DNA of 64,000 nt, taken from contig JBGUHQ010000008.1 in NCBI GenBank assembly GCA_045112195.1, positions 14,285 through 78,284 on the forward strand. The letters are read 5' to 3'. This document shows positions 36,139-47,600 of the stretch, in pieces. The position numbers were made by a program, and so were the translations under genes. Origin of the DNA: Christensenellales bacterium (GTDB lineage Bacteria; Bacillota; Clostridia; Christensenellales; Aristaeellaceae). Below the pieces are notes generated by a model. It worked only from the letters and a program-made list of their open reading frames with translations, did not search any database and was not told the origin of the DNA. Numbering within the stretch: position 1 is the stretch's first letter; each line of letters opens with the position of its first letter.

Positions 36139-37587
36139 TCAGCCGAGCTTCGCCAGAGAGGCCTTCATGCGGCGGAGGGTTTCGTCTCTGCCGAGGAGAT
36201 AAGCGATCTCAAAGGCGCCGCCGGGGGTGGATTCCTGGCCGGAGATAGCGATACGCATAGGCCAGAGCACTGAACCGGTTTTGCGCTCCCACTGCTGGAT
36301 CTTTTCCATGACCACGTCGTGGATGTTTGCTTCAGTCCAGTCGGAAATGCCTTCGAGCACGGGGATCAGGAGCGGGAGAACCTCTTTGGCGACGGTCTCG
36401 TCACTCTTCTGCTTCTTGTTGAAGAAGATAGCGGTGTCGTAGTCCGGCATCTCCGCCAGGAAGGCAATCTTCTCCGGAATGCGGGAGAAGATGTCCGTGC
36501 GGCTCTGCATGAGTTCAGCCAGGCGGCGATAATCGATGCCCTTGCCGGCAAGTACCTTGTCAAACCACGGGGTTGCCATGTCCAGGTACTTTTCCGGATC
36601 CATCTTTGCCACATACTGGCTGTTCATCCACTCCAGCTTGTTGACGTCGAAGATGCCGGGGGAGTTATTGATCCGGTGGATGTCGAAGGCTTCCACCAGC
36701 TCCGGCAGGGTGAAGAACTCACGGTCCGTACCGGGATTCCAGCCGACCAGCGCCAGGTAGTTGATCAGGGCTTCGGTCAGGAAGCCTTTTTCGATGTAAT
36801 CGGAATAATAGGCGTCGCCGTCCCGCTTGGAGAGCTTGTGGGTGGCATCCCGCATGACGGTGGGCAGGTGAATGTAGGTGGGAATATCCCAGCCCAGGGC
36901 TGTATAGAGGTAATTGTAGCGGGGCGTGGAGGAAAGGTATTCCATGCCGCGCATGACGTGGGTGATGCCCATCAGGTGGTCGTCGATGACGTTGGCGAAG
37001 TTATAGGTCGGCATGCCGTCCTGCTTGATGAGGACCATGTCGTCCATGGACTCGGCGTTCTGGAAGGTCATATCGCCGAACACCACGTCGCTGTAACTGG
37101 TCACGCCCTCGGTGGGCGCGTTCATGCGGATCGTGTAGGGGATGCCGGCAGCTTTCTTCGCGGCGATCTCCTCAGGCGTCAGGTGCAGGCAGTGCTTATC
37201 GTACTTCCAGGTTCCGCCGGCGGCTTCCACATTGGCTTTGCGCTCCTCGATCTCCTCCTTGGAGCAGAAGCAGTAATAGGCATGGCCGGATTTCACGAGC
37301 TGCTCCGCATAGGGGAGATAGGTGGATTTGCGCTCGGATTGGATATACGGACCGACGGGGCCGCCGACGTCGGGGCCTTCATCCCAGTTCAGGCCGCAGG
37401 CGCGGAGGGTATCGTAGATGACCTCGGTCGCGCCTTCCACATAGCGCTCCTGGTCGGTGTCCTCAATGCGCAGGATGAACTGGCCGTTATTCTGTTTGGC
37501 GTAAAGATAGGCGTACAGGGCGGTACGGACGCCGCCGAGATGCATGAAGCCCGTCGGGGACGGGGCAAAACGGGTTCTGACAGTCAT
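36139..37587 (-). CDS. gltX: glutamate--tRNA ligase
   Basis: RTRFAPSPTGFMHLGG (HIGH motif) and KLSKR (KMSKS motif). 482 aa. Confidence 0.95.
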   Translation of the reverse strand: MTVRTRFAPSPTGFMHLGGVRTALYAYLYAKQNNGQFILRIEDTDQERYVEGATEVIYDTLRACGLNWDEGPDVGGPVGPYIQSERKSTYLPYAEQLVKSGHAYYCFCSKEEIEERKANVEAAGGTWKYDKHCLHLTPEEIAAKKAAGIPYTIRMNAPTEGVTSYSDVVFGDMTFQNAESMDDMVLIKQDGMPTYNFANVIDDHLMGITHVMRGMEYLSSTPRYNYLYTALGWDIPTYIHLPTVMRDATHKLSKRDGDAYYSDYIEKGFLTEALINYLALVGWNPGTDREFFTLPELVEAFDIHRINNSPGIFDVNKLEWMNSQYVAKMDPEKYLDMATPWFDKVLAGKGIDYRRLAELMQSRTDIFSRIPEKIAFLAEMPDYDTAIFFNKKQKSDETVAKEVLPLLIPVLEGISDWTEANIHDVVMEKIQQWERKTGSVLWPMRIAISGQESTPGGAFEIAYLLGRDETLRRMKASLAKLG

Positions 37588-37707
37588 AACTCATTTTCCT
37601 CCTTCGGAAAAATCAATAAAGGAGAAGGATTCCGCGTCTGCGGACGCGGCCAGGGCTTTCCGATCGCCCTGGACCTTCGGTCAATTACAGAGTGAAAGAT
37701 TAAGTAA

Positions 37708-39399
37708 TTACTGTTGATTGGTCTGTTTCGCGAAGGTATCGCGGAGACCGACGGTGCGGTTGTAGACCGGCAGGGCGTCGGTGGAATCCGGATCCTTGCA
37801 GAAGTAACCGGTGCGAAGGAACTGGAAGGAGGTTCCGGTTTCCGCTTCGGCAATCACCTTTTCGGCGAAGCCGCGACAGACCTTCAGGCTTTCCGGGTTC
37901 AGGCGGGAAATGAAGTCCTTCTTATCGGCTTCGGCTTCTTCGTCGTCCAGGTTGTCGTTCAGCAGAGGCTCATACAGCCGGGCTTCGAAGGGGATGCAGT
38001 CGTCGGCGGGGACCCAGTGGAGGGTCTTGCCCTTGATCTTCCGGTCGGCACCGGCGCTGCCGGAGAAGGAATCCAGGTCCACGGTGCAGCGCACTTCGGT
38101 GACGTTGCCGTCCGCGTCCTTGACGCATTCGTCGCAGCGGACGATGTAGGCGCCTTTCAGCCGGACCTCGTTGCCGGGGAACATCCGCTGATATTTCTTG
38201 ACGGGGACTTCCATGAAGTCATCCTGCTCGATATACAGTTCCCGGCCGAAGGACAGGGTGCGTTCGCCCATTTCCGGATGGTCCGGATGGTTCTCCAGGG
38301 TGACGGTTTTGGTTTCGCCTTCCGGCCAGTTGGTCAGGACGACCTTCAGGGGATTCAGCACCGCCATAGCGCGGGGAGCGGTGTCGCCCAGCACGTCGCG
38401 GACGCAGTGCTCCAGCACGGCGTAATCCACCACGGAGTCCGCCTTGCTCATGCCGATGGTGTCCACGAAGTTCCGGATGGCCATGGCGGGGTAGCCGCGG
38501 CGGCGCATGGCGGAAAGGGTGGGCATGCGGGGATCATCCCAGCCGGCGACATAGTGTCCTTCCACCAGCTGGCGGAGGTAGCGCTTGGACATGACCGTAC
38601 CGGTCATGTTCAGGCGGGAGAACTCAATCTGACGGGGCTTGGCGGGCAGCATCTCCGCGCTCTTTTCCACGACCCAGTCGTACAGGGGACGGTGGATTTC
38701 ATACTCCAGGGAGCACATGGAATGGGAGATGCCTTCCAGTGCGTCGCCGATGGGGTGGGAGAAATCGTACATGGGATAGATGCACCATTTGTTCCCGGTG
38801 CGCCAGTGCTCCTTGTAGAGGATGCGGTACATGGCGGGATCCCGCATGACGATGTTCGGGGAGGCCATGTCGATCTTCATCCGGAGGGTTTTGCTGCCTT
38901 CCGGGAATTCGCCGGCCTTCATGCGGCGGAACAGGTCCAGGCTTTCTTCCGCGGGACGGTCGCGCCAGGGGCTGTTTTTGCCGGGCTCGGTCAGGGTGCC
39001 GCGGTACTCGCGCATCTCATCCTTGCTCAGCTCGTCCACATAGGCCAGGCCGCGGCGGATCCACTCCTCGGCGATTTCGTAGCACTTGTCATAATAATCG
39101 GAGGCGTAGAATTCCCCGCCGGTCCAGTGGAAACCGAGCCAGTGGATATCCCGCTTGATGGCTTCGACGTATTCCGTATCTTCCTTGGCGGGATTGGTGT
39201 CGTCAAAGCGCAGGTTGCACTTGCCGCCGTATTTCTCCGCGGTCAGGAAGTCCATGATCAGGGCCTTGCAGTGGCCGATATGCATATAGCCGTTGGGCTC
39301 CGGAGGGAAACGGGTATGCACTTCCGTGTAACGCTTGTCCTCCAGATCCTTGTCGATGGCGTCCCAGATAAAATTGCCGCGGGTATTGGTTTCTTCCAT
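37708..39399 (-). CDS. glnS: glutamine--tRNA ligase
   Basis: TRFPPEPNGYMHIGH (HIGH motif) and VMSKR (KMSKS motif). About 563 aa. Start ATG 39399 (MEETNTRGNFI) after GGAGAA. The ORF extension to 39510 runs through a repeat element. Confidence 0.9.
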   Translation of the reverse strand: MEETNTRGNFIWDAIDKDLEDKRYTEVHTRFPPEPNGYMHIGHCKALIMDFLTAEKYGGKCNLRFDDTNPAKEDTEYVEAIKRDIHWLGFHWTGGEFYASDYYDKCYEIAEEWIRRGLAYVDELSKDEMREYRGTLTEPGKNSPWRDRPAEESLDLFRRMKAGEFPEGSKTLRMKIDMASPNIVMRDPAMYRILYKEHWRTGNKWCIYPMYDFSHPIGDALEGISHSMCSLEYEIHRPLYDWVVEKSAEMLPAKPRQIEFSRLNMTGTVMSKRYLRQLVEGHYVAGWDDPRMPTLSAMRRRGYPAMAIRNFVDTIGMSKADSVVDYAVLEHCVRDVLGDTAPRAMAVLNPLKVVLTNWPEGETKTVTLENHPDHPEMGERTLSFGRELYIEQDDFMEVPVKKYQRMFPGNEVRLKGAYIVRCDECVKDADGNVTEVRCTVDLDSFSGSAGADRKIKGKTLHWVPADDCIPFEARLYEPLLNDNLDDEEAEADKKDFISRLNPESLKVCRGFAEKVIAEAETGTSFQFLRTGYFCKDPDSTDALPVYNRTVGLRDTFAKQTNQQ

Positions 39400-39438
39400 G
39401 GTGATTCTCCTTGCACTCTTTGATACTGAATCCTTTTT

Positions 39439-39509
39439 CCTTCGGGGGAATGCCGCTGTGGCGGGGCGATTTCTCCACGCGGCCGCAGGCGGCCTTGGTC
39501 GAAATGACA
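39439..39509 (+). repeat. mosaic REP-like dispersed repeat, copy B (module 2)
   Basis: CCTTCGGGGGAAT + GCCGCTGTGGCGGGGCGATTTCTCCACGCGGCCGCAGGCGGCCTTGGTCGAAATGACA. Near-identical to 15292-15346. Confidence 0.6.
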
Positions 39510-39589
39510 ATAAACAGAGGTTCAGGCAGCGTTGCGATCGCTGTTACCCAAATCAAAGATTTGGACAGCTGCTTAAAAGCGCTTGCTTC

Positions 39590-39618
39590 ATTATATAAAA
39601 AGAACAGGTGAGAAGCAA
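39590..39618 (-). promoter_or_regulatory. promoter of glnS-gltX
   Basis: Minus strand TTGCTT-17 nt-TATAAT. Confidence 0.5.
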
Positions 39619-39650
39619 GAAAAATTATGTTCACAATATGCAGGAAAGAC

Positions 39651-39680
39651 TTGTATTTTCTGCACAAGATGTTGTATAAT
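39651..39680 (+). promoter_or_regulatory. promoter of the ireB-like gene
   Basis: TTGTAT-18 nt-TATAAT. Confidence 0.4.
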
Positions 39681-39713
39681 ACATTGAGAGGCGCAGAATA
39701 AGGGGGAGTCAGA

Positions 39714-39968
39714 ATGGAAGAACTGTTCAACACCCATAAAATGGATCCGATCGTGGGAACCGGGAATGAAGCCCACGACATCCTGATGTATGTCTACAAA
39801 GCATTGCAGACAAAGGGCTATGATCCGATTACCCAGCTGGTGGGCTATCTCGTTACCGGAGAGCCTACATATATCACCAGCTATAATTCCGCACGGAGCC
39901 TGATCTGCCGCCTGGAGAGGGACGAGATACTCGAAGAGCTGGTCCGGTCCTATCTGGACACTCACTGA
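39714..39968 (+). CDS. IreB family regulatory phosphoprotein (UPF0297)
   Basis: 84 aa. ...[30 protein letters not shown]... is characteristic of the family. Confidence 0.8.
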   Translation: MEELFNTHKMDPIVGTGNEAHDILMYVYKALQTKGYDPITQLVGYLVTGEPTYITSYNSARSLICRLERDEILEELVRSYLDTH

Positions 39969-39980
39969 CCGTCTACACAA

Positions 39981-40010
39981 ACGGTGCCGTTAAGACGGCA
40001 CCGTTTTTCT
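39981..40010 (+). terminator. intrinsic terminator
   Basis: ACGGTGCCGT-taag-ACGGCACCGT-TTTTCTTC. Confidence 0.65.
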
Positions 40011-40084
40011 TCGTATTGGGGAAGCACATGTTTTTACAGGGCGTTCTATAGTAAAACGTGACTGACGACGATGGGGGTAACGGA

Positions 40085-42154
40085 ATGAAAAAACGCCTGA
40101 TGATCTGCCTGCTGGCCGCCGTTTTCTGCCTGACCGCTGCGGTACCTGCGCTGGCGGCCAATACTTTTTTGTTTACCGAGAAAATAATAACGCTTTTTGA
40201 GGGCGAATCGGCGCAGACTGCGCTGAAACGGGAAGGCAACTTTGACGGCGAAGGCGAGATCGTATATACAAGTTCCCGGGAGACCATCGCGACCGTGTCC
40301 GCGGACGGAATGATCACAGCAATCGCAAAGGGACGGGCGGACGTATACGCCTCTCTGATGCGGAACGGGAAACGGGTTGCTCGGGCAACCATCGCGGTAA
40401 ACGTGCTGCGCGCGGTGACCAAAGTGACCCTGAACACGACAAAGCTGTCTGTGTACGATCCGGATGACCCGGCGGTGGCCGGACTGCTTAAAGAACCGAT
40501 AGCGCACCAGGTGCTGGTCATACCGGCAGGCGGATCTGCCAGCCTTGTCACGACCTGTACGCCGGAAACGGCGAGCAGCCGGAAGGTGGTTTATTCCACC
40601 ACGGACGCCGGCGTGGCGAGGCTGGCCGGAACGACGCTTCGGGCCGTGCAGCGGGGCGAATGCGAACTGACCGTTGCGAGCGAACAGAATCCGGAAATAA
40701 CAGAAACCTTCCGGGTACTGGTGATCCAGCCGGTAAAGAAAATCCAGTTTGAGGACGGAAAAAAAGAGGTTGCCGCGGGTTCAACGCTGCAGCTGACCGC
40801 CGTGTGCGCACCGGACAACGCGTCCATCACAGGGGTAACCTGGACGTCCCAGAATCCGACGATTGCGACAGTGGATGAGAACGGTACGGTAACCGGCCTG
40901 AAGAAAGGGAACGCGAAGATTACGGCGACGGCAACGGACGGTTCCCGCACGGCGGGTTCCGTGATTGTCAGGGTTACGCAGCCCGTTACAATGATTACGG
41001 TCAAGACCCCGGAGATCCAGGTCACGGTCGGCAAAAGCGCGCAGGCGAAGGCGACAGCGCAGCCTGACACCGCCAGCGACCGGAAACTGGTCTGGTCTTC
41101 TTCGGATGAGACCATTGCCACGGTGAACAGTTACGGCGTAATTACAGGCAAGAAGGCAGGCACCTGCATCGTCACCTGCACAAGCAATTCCAATCCTGAC
41201 GTGACCGGCACCGTAACGGTGGCTGCCAGCCAACCGGTAACAAAGATTGAAAACGCGAACGAGCCGGAAGAACTGAGCTTGCTGACGGGACAGACCGTCC
41301 AGACAAGATGGAATGTGCAGCCGGCGGATGCGACGGACAAGACGCTGACGTTCAAAAGCCGGCATCCCCGGGTTGTCACAGTGGACGCGAACGGCGTTGT
41401 GACGGCGATGGGCCGCGGTACCGCAACCGTTGAAGCTACGGCGAAGGACGGATCCAGAAAACAGGGCAGCGTCAGGATTACAGTGATCCAGCCGGTGACC
41501 GGGGTGGAGGTACAGCAGCAGCGGTATTATGTCCAGTGGGGCAGAAGCTCCCAGATCCGTGCGATCGTGCAGCCGCGGAACGCGAACAATCAGCAGGTAT
41601 ACTGGTCGTCTGAAGACGAGGGAATCGCTTCAGTGCGTTCCACCGCGACAAGCACCGGATCCATTTACGGCGTGGCATACGGCACGACCACGGTGACTGC
41701 CTGGACCGAGGACGGCGGCTTCTCTGCCTCTGCCGAGGTCAGAGTCGGAAACTTTATCGAGGCTGTGCTGGTCGAAGAACTGTATGTGGACAGTCAGAAC
41801 AACATTCAGATTTCCCTGCGGAACATGACGCAGGACCTGACGCTTGGGAGCATCTCCTACCGGATTGAATGCTTTGACACGGAAGGAAACCCCTTCGTCT
41901 GCAACACAGACGGCGTCAGCATGTATTTTGACGGCGAGTATGTCTACGGCCTGCCGCCGATGGGCCGGACGTATTACGGGTATTTCACCTCCCGGAACTG
42001 TGCGATTGACAGGATGCTGGGCGGCATTACGCTGACTATTACCGGCTGGCAGGACGCGGAAGGAAATGCCTGGCAGATTCCGGACAACGAACAGGTGCGG
42101 AACACGTGGAATATGAATAACTACAATTATAATCCGGGCGAGGGTGTGGGTTAA
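40085..42154 (+). CDS. secreted protein with multiple bacterial Ig-like (Big_2) domains
   Basis: Signal peptide [24 protein letters not shown]. About 6 repeats of the pattern ...W(S/T)S.....ATV...G.VT....G.A.I.A... Confidence 0.75.
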   Translation: MKKRLMICLLAAVFCLTAAVPALAANTFLFTEKIITLFEGESAQTALKREGNFDGEGEIVYTSSRETIATVSADGMITAIAKGRADVYASLMRNGKRVARATIAVNVLRAVTKVTLNTTKLSVYDPDDPAVAGLLKEPIAHQVLVIPAGGSASLVTTCTPETASSRKVVYSTTDAGVARLAGTTLRAVQRGECELTVASEQNPEITETFRVLVIQPVKKIQFEDGKKEVAAGSTLQLTAVCAPDNASITGVTWTSQNPTIATVDENGTVTGLKKGNAKITATATDGSRTAGSVIVRVTQPVTMITVKTPEIQVTVGKSAQAKATAQPDTASDRKLVWSSSDETIATVNSYGVITGKKAGTCIVTCTSNSNPDVTGTVTVAASQPVTKIENANEPEELSLLTGQTVQTRWNVQPADATDKTLTFKSRHPRVVTVDANGVVTAMGRGTATVEATAKDGSRKQGSVRITVIQPVTGVEVQQQRYYVQWGRSSQIRAIVQPRNANNQQVYWSSEDEGIASVRSTATSTGSIYGVAYGTTTVTAWTEDGGFSASAEVRVGNFIEAVLVEELYVDSQNNIQISLRNMTQDLTLGSISYRIECFDTEGNPFVCNTDGVSMYFDGEYVYGLPPMGRTYYGYFTSRNCAIDRMLGGITLTITGWQDAEGNAWQIPDNEQVRNTWNMNNYNYNPGEGVG

Positions 42155-42158
42155 AGGT

Positions 42159-44051
42159 ATGGCAGATCTGGTAGTGATCGGCGCGGGACACGCGGGCTGT
42201 GAGGCCGCGCTTGCCGCCGCCCGGATGGGGATCGATACGCTCCTGCTGACGCTGAATATGGACGGAATTGCCCTGATGGCCTGCAATCCGGTCATCGGCG
42301 GCTCAGCAAAGGGGCATCTTGTGCGGGAACTGGATGCGCTGGGCGGTGAGATGGGCCTGGCGATCGACGATACTTTCCTGCAGAGCCGCATGCTGAATAT
42401 GGGCAAGGGCCCGGCGGTTCATTCCCTGCGCGCTCAGGCGGACAAACAGGGATACCAGAACCGGATGCGGAAAGCCCTGATGACAACGGAACGGCTGACG
42501 GTACGGCAGGGCGAAGCCGCATCCATTGAGACAGAAAACGGCCGGGTGACGGCGGTGACGACGGTGACCGGCGCGCGGATTCCCTGCCGCGCGGTTGTGG
42601 TTTCTACCGGCGTGTACCTGAAGGGCAGCATCATCATCGGCGAGCACCGGCATGACGGCGGTCCCCAGGGGCTGATGAACGCGGGCGAGCTGTCCGCAAG
42701 CCTGGCGGGGCTGGGATTCGAGCTGCGGCGGTACAAGACCGGCACACCGGCAAGAGTCGATGTGCGGAGTGTGGACTTTGACGAGATGGAGGAACAGAAA
42801 GGCGATGAGCCGGTGGTTCCCTTCTCCTTCCTGACGGACCGGAAACTGGAGAACACCTACAGCTGCTACCTGACCTGGACCACGCCGGAAACGCACAGGA
42901 TCATTCTGGACAACCTGCACCGGGCACCGCTGTACAGCGGCAAGATCCACGGCATCGGCCCGCGGTACTGTCCGAGCATTGAAGACAAGGTGGTGCGTTT
43001 CGCGGACAAGGACCGGCACCAGATCTTCCTGGAGCCGGAGGGTAAGGAAAGCCGGGAATGGTATGTGCAGGGAATGAGCACTTCCATGCCGGAGGACGTG
43101 CAGTGGGCTATGTACCGGACGATTCCCGGGCTGCGGCGCTGCGAATTCACCCGGCTCGGCTACGCCATCGAATACGACTGCATCGACAGCCGGGAACTGA
43201 AGCCGACGCTGGAGAGTTTGCGGATCGGCGGCCTGTTCTTTGCGGGGCAGATCAACGGAACCAGCGGATATGAAGAAGCGGCCTGCCAGGGCCTGCTTGC
43301 CGGTATGAACGCCGCGCTGGAACTGCAGGGCAGGGAACAGATTATCCTGACGCGGGATATGGCCTATATCGGCGTGATGACGGACGACCTGACCACCAAG
43401 GGAACAGACGAACCTTACCGCATGATGACCTCCCGGGCGGAACACCGGCTGTATCTGCGGCAGGACAACGCTGACCTGCGGCTGACGGAGATCGGCCACC
43501 GGGCCGGGCTTGCCTCAGACGAGCGGCTGGAACGGACGCGGAGGAAACAGGAGGAAACCGCGGAACTGATCCGCCGGCTGGAGACGACCCGTTTCGCGCC
43601 GGGGGAGGCGCTGAACGGCCTGCTGAAAGCAAAGGGCCAGCCGGAAGTGACCGGTTCTCAGAAGGCGGAAGACCTCCTGAAGCGGCCGGAGATTACCCTG
43701 AAAGATCTGACCGGGCTGAAGCCGGAATGGGGAACTGTTTCCCCTGCGGCGGCGGAGCAGGCGGAGATTTCCGTGAAGTATGCCGGCTACCTGGAGAAGG
43801 AAGCTCAGATGATCCGGCAGGCTAGGCAGATGGAAGAGATCCGGCTGCCGCAGGACATCGATTATGCAAAGATCGAGCATCTGCGGCTGGAAGCGCGGCA
43901 GAAGCTGAACAAGCAGAAGCCGGTTTCACTGGGCGCGGCGGGGCGGATCCCGGGCGTCAATCCGGCGGACGTGGCGGTGCTTTCCGTCTGGCTGCACAAG
44001 CAGAACAGCCGGCAGGGATCTTCTGAAACTGGAGGGAAAGATGAACGCTAA
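42159..44051 (+). CDS. mnmG: tRNA uridine-5-carboxymethylaminomethyl(34) synthesis enzyme MnmG
   Basis: FAD motif [31 protein letters not shown]. About 630 aa. Confidence 0.95.
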   Translation: MADLVVIGAGHAGCEAALAAARMGIDTLLLTLNMDGIALMACNPVIGGSAKGHLVRELDALGGEMGLAIDDTFLQSRMLNMGKGPAVHSLRAQADKQGYQNRMRKALMTTERLTVRQGEAASIETENGRVTAVTTVTGARIPCRAVVVSTGVYLKGSIIIGEHRHDGGPQGLMNAGELSASLAGLGFELRRYKTGTPARVDVRSVDFDEMEEQKGDEPVVPFSFLTDRKLENTYSCYLTWTTPETHRIILDNLHRAPLYSGKIHGIGPRYCPSIEDKVVRFADKDRHQIFLEPEGKESREWYVQGMSTSMPEDVQWAMYRTIPGLRRCEFTRLGYAIEYDCIDSRELKPTLESLRIGGLFFAGQINGTSGYEEAACQGLLAGMNAALELQGREQIILTRDMAYIGVMTDDLTTKGTDEPYRMMTSRAEHRLYLRQDNADLRLTEIGHRAGLASDERLERTRRKQEETAELIRRLETTRFAPGEALNGLLKAKGQPEVTGSQKAEDLLKRPEITLKDLTGLKPEWGTVSPAAAEQAEISVKYAGYLEKEAQMIRQARQMEEIRLPQDIDYAKIEHLRLEARQKLNKQKPVSLGAAGRIPGVNPADVAVLSVWLHKQNSRQGSSETGGKDER

Positions 44052-44637
44052 GACACTGAAAGTGCTGTGGCTTATCGGACTGGTCGCGATCCTTATTGCC
44101 GGGGCGGTTATCCTGTTCGCCCCCGGAGGGAAACCGACGGATCAGGTAAAACCGGCGGCGCAGCGGCAGCAGTATGAGCCGAAGGTCACAAAACCCCTGG
44201 CGGAGGCCAGCACCAATGATCCGCTGCTGAAGAAATTCGAGGGGATCAGCTGGGGCATGACCAAGGACGAACTGACGGAAAAGTTCGGAAAGGGACTGAT
44301 TCCGGATTCGTCCGGAGGCATGATCTACCGGGACGCGAACTCGATCTACGGCACCGTAACCTATACGCTGGCGCTGCGGGACGGGAAGCTGAACATGATC
44401 CTTGCTTCGGTGAGCCCGGACGATAAACTGGATATGCTCCGCGTATCGCTGAACGGCAGATACGGGACCGCGATGCCGGCCAACTATACCTACGCGATGC
44501 TGGGAAAGATGGAGGAAGACCAGAGAAGCAAAACCCTGGCCTGGCAGACCGCGGATACGGTGATCTGCATGAATGAGTCGAGCATCAATTATGTGCCCGC
44601 TTCCCCGGGGTCGCTGGTGCCGGAAGAAAATAAATAA
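44041..44637 (+). CDS. hypothetical membrane-anchored protein
   Basis: GGAGGG RBS. The ATG overlaps the end of mnmG. A single N-terminal TM helix. No recognisable motif. Confidence 0.55.
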   Translation: MNAKTLKVLWLIGLVAILIAGAVILFAPGGKPTDQVKPAAQRQQYEPKVTKPLAEASTNDPLLKKFEGISWGMTKDELTEKFGKGLIPDSSGGMIYRDANSIYGTVTYTLALRDGKLNMILASVSPDDKLDMLRVSLNGRYGTAMPANYTYAMLGKMEEDQRSKTLAWQTADTVICMNESSINYVPASPGSLVPEENK

Positions 44638-44638
44638 C

Positions 44639-44667
44639 AAAACGGCTGCCTGACGGCAGCCGTTTTT
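44639..44667. terminator. bidirectional intrinsic terminator between convergent genes
   Basis: AAAACGGCTGCC-tga-CGGCAGCCGTTTT. Confidence 0.65.
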
Positions 44668-44678
44668 GCTACGCATTT

Positions 44679-47600
44679 TTAAGATTCTTCTTCGACTTTG
44701 TCGTAGTTCCGGCGGGGGAGTTCGATGCCGAATTCCCGGGCGGTGGCTTCGAGAATATCAAGAGCCTGCTCGATCTGTTCGGGTTTGTGCTCGCTGATTA
44801 CGCAGAAGCGGAGACGGGCTTTTCCCTTCGGAACAGCGGGATACATGGCGGGCGGTACGCTGACGCCGCGCTTCTTCAGCTCGTTGGAGAGCAGCCAGGC
44901 GTCCTCATCCTTGCCGACCAGGACCGGCAGCACGGCCGTTTCGCCGGCAAGACAGATATCCAGGTGGCGGCGCCGCGCGCTGTCCGCGAAGGCCTTGATG
45001 GCGATCCGCAGATGCTCCATGATCTCGGGATGGGAGCGGAGGGTGCGGATGGCGGCCAGGGAACCGGCTGCCAGCGCGGGGGAGATGCCGACGGAGAAGA
45101 CGAAGCCGGGCATGTTGTAGCGCAGGTAGTCGATGAGGCACTTTTTGCCGGCCAGGTAGCCGCCGCAGGTGCCCAGGCCCTTGGACAGGGTGCCGTATTT
45201 GATGTCGATATCGTCGCCCTTGAGGTTGAAGTACTCATCCACGCCGCCGCCGGTTTTCCCGATGACGCAGGCGCTGTGCGCTTCGTCAACCATCAGGAAA
45301 CAGCCGTACTCCTTCTTGATCCGGACAAATTCCGGCACGGGGGCGATATCGCCGTCCATACTGTAGGCGCCCTCAATGACGATGAGGACTTTTTCATAAT
45401 AGGCGCGCTGGCTCTTCAGGATCGTTTCCAGCGCGGCGGTATCGCTGTGGGGGAAGGGCCGGGAGGTCGCGTCGGACAGCTTGCAGCCCTGCTCGATGGA
45501 GTTGTGAGCCAGGGCGTCGTAAAGGATCAGGTCGTTCTTGCCGCAGAAGTTGCCGACGAAGGTCACGTTGGTGGAATGACCGCCGACGCAGACCACGGCG
45601 TCCTCGGTGTGCTTCCAGTCCGCGATCTCTTTTTCCAGATCCTTGTGGACCTGCTTTTCACCGGCCAGCAGGCGGCTGCCGCTGGCGCTGGTGCCGTACT
45701 TGTCGATGGCGGCCTTGGCGGCGTCCTTGACTTCCTTGCGGCCGGACATGCCGATATAGTTATAGGAACCGAACTCCAGGACTTCTTTTCCGTCGATGAT
45801 GCCGGTATCCAGCAGGGGAGACTCATGGGTGACGAAATAGGGGTTGTCGCCCTTGCCGACCAGGGCTTCCTGGCGCTCAAGGAAATGCTTGTATTCGGGT
45901 GTGTCCTCGAAACGGAAGATCGGGCGGACGGGAACGCGCTCCTTCGGCTTCGCGCCTTCGGCGGCGCCGCCGTCCAGCAGGTTCTCCACCACCTGGCTCA
46001 TGCCGAGCACGGTGGCGCACTGGCCGTATTCTTCCGCGGGGATGGTGACGCCCCATTCTTCTTCCGCCTTCAGGGCGATGGAGAGCACCTGCAGGCTGTC
46101 GCCCTGGAGGTCCTCGATGAAGTTGGCGTTGTCGGTGATTTCGCTCTCGCTGATCTCAAGGGCCTCGGCATACATGGAGCGGACCTTTTTGAGGATTTCG
46201 TCATGACGGGCGCTCTTGGTTTCCAGCGCGGCCGCCGCGGCCACTTCGGCGCCGGCGTTCTGGGCGTGCAGGTCCAGCTCGCGGTAGGACAGCTCACCCT
46301 CTTCATACATACGCTTGAGCTCGATCCGCTTGACCTTGATACCGCTGACAAGCGGCAGGCGCATGGGCGTGACGAGAGCGCGGTTCAGCTGGGAATACAG
46401 GGGGAGCTTGCTGTTGGCGGCAGCCACGGAGGCGGCCAGCTTGTCAAGATACTGGCTGTCGGTATAGTTTTCACCGACGTTCATGACCAGGACGATATCC
46501 TCGTTCCGGTCGCGGCGGTTGCGGCGGAAGCCGACTACGCAGCTCTGGTCCACGCCGCGAAGAGAGGCGAAGGCGTCTTCCATGTCGTCGGGATAGACGT
46601 TCTCGCCGGATTCATTGATGATGACGTCCTTCAGACGGCCTCGGATATACAGGCGCCCGGAGGCGTCCAGCTGGGCGATGTCCCCGGTCTGGAGCCAGCC
46701 GCCGGCCAGCGTGTCAGGCGGGAGCAGTTCCCCGTGCACGACGCGGGCGGTATGGATTCCGGGACCACGGATCTGCAGTTCGCCGACCTTCTCGCCCTCC
46801 TTTTCCGGAACGATCCGGTATTCGGCAGAGGACAGGGGTTTACCGACGGAACCGTTCAGCCGGTGCTTCAGGTCCATGCCGAGTTCAAAGCCGTTGATAC
46901 CGGTTTCGGTCATGCCGTAGCCGGTGACGGTATAGTAACCCAGGGCATTCAGGGTGCGCAGGGTTTCGTTCGGCGTATGGCTGCCGCCGAGGATAAGCAC
47001 GTCCACCTCGGTGCCCAGGAGTTTTTCATTGAGAGCGGCGAACGCCTTTTCCTGCGCCCAGGCGAGGCCGGCTTCGGGAGAGACGGTCTGGCGCATGATG
47101 GAAATGGCCTTCATGGACTGATAGGCGCTGCGCTTTGCCTTGCTCTCTTTCTTCAGGCCCTTTTCCACGGAGCGGACCAGGCTGTTGCCCACCAGGGGCA
47201 CCATGATCAGCAGGTTCGGCGGGAAATGGCGGCAGGTATTGATGATGGAATTGGGGGTGCGATCCTGCAGGTAGATGCTGGCCGTGCCCATGAAGTGCGC
47301 CAGGATGACGTTGCCCATGAAGCCAAGCACATGGTGGAAGGGCAGGAACGCCAGGGTCTTCCGGCCGCGGTTATCCGGATGGATAATGCGGGGGTTGGTC
47401 TTGTAGAGCGTCAGGGCGTTCAGGGCCTGCTCGCAGACCGCTTCGCCGTTGTAGGCGAAAATGCGGCTGGTGCCGGTGGTGCCGCTGGTGCACATGGCGG
47501 TATATTCACCCCAGACAGGGGTGAAGCCGATGGTGCGCGGGGCTTCCCGGACGGCCTTGAAATCGATCTGGCGGACGTTGCCGGACAGCGCCCGGGGTTT

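Noticed and set aside
37588-37707. Intercistronic glnS-gltX region with two GC hairpins (CCAGGGC..GCCCTGG, CCGCGTC..GACGCGG) as a T-box or attenuator.
   Set aside because: There is no T-box sequence, no specifier-type Stem I and no U-tract directly after the stems. These are probably stabilising or processing hairpins. The evidence is insufficient for a feature call.
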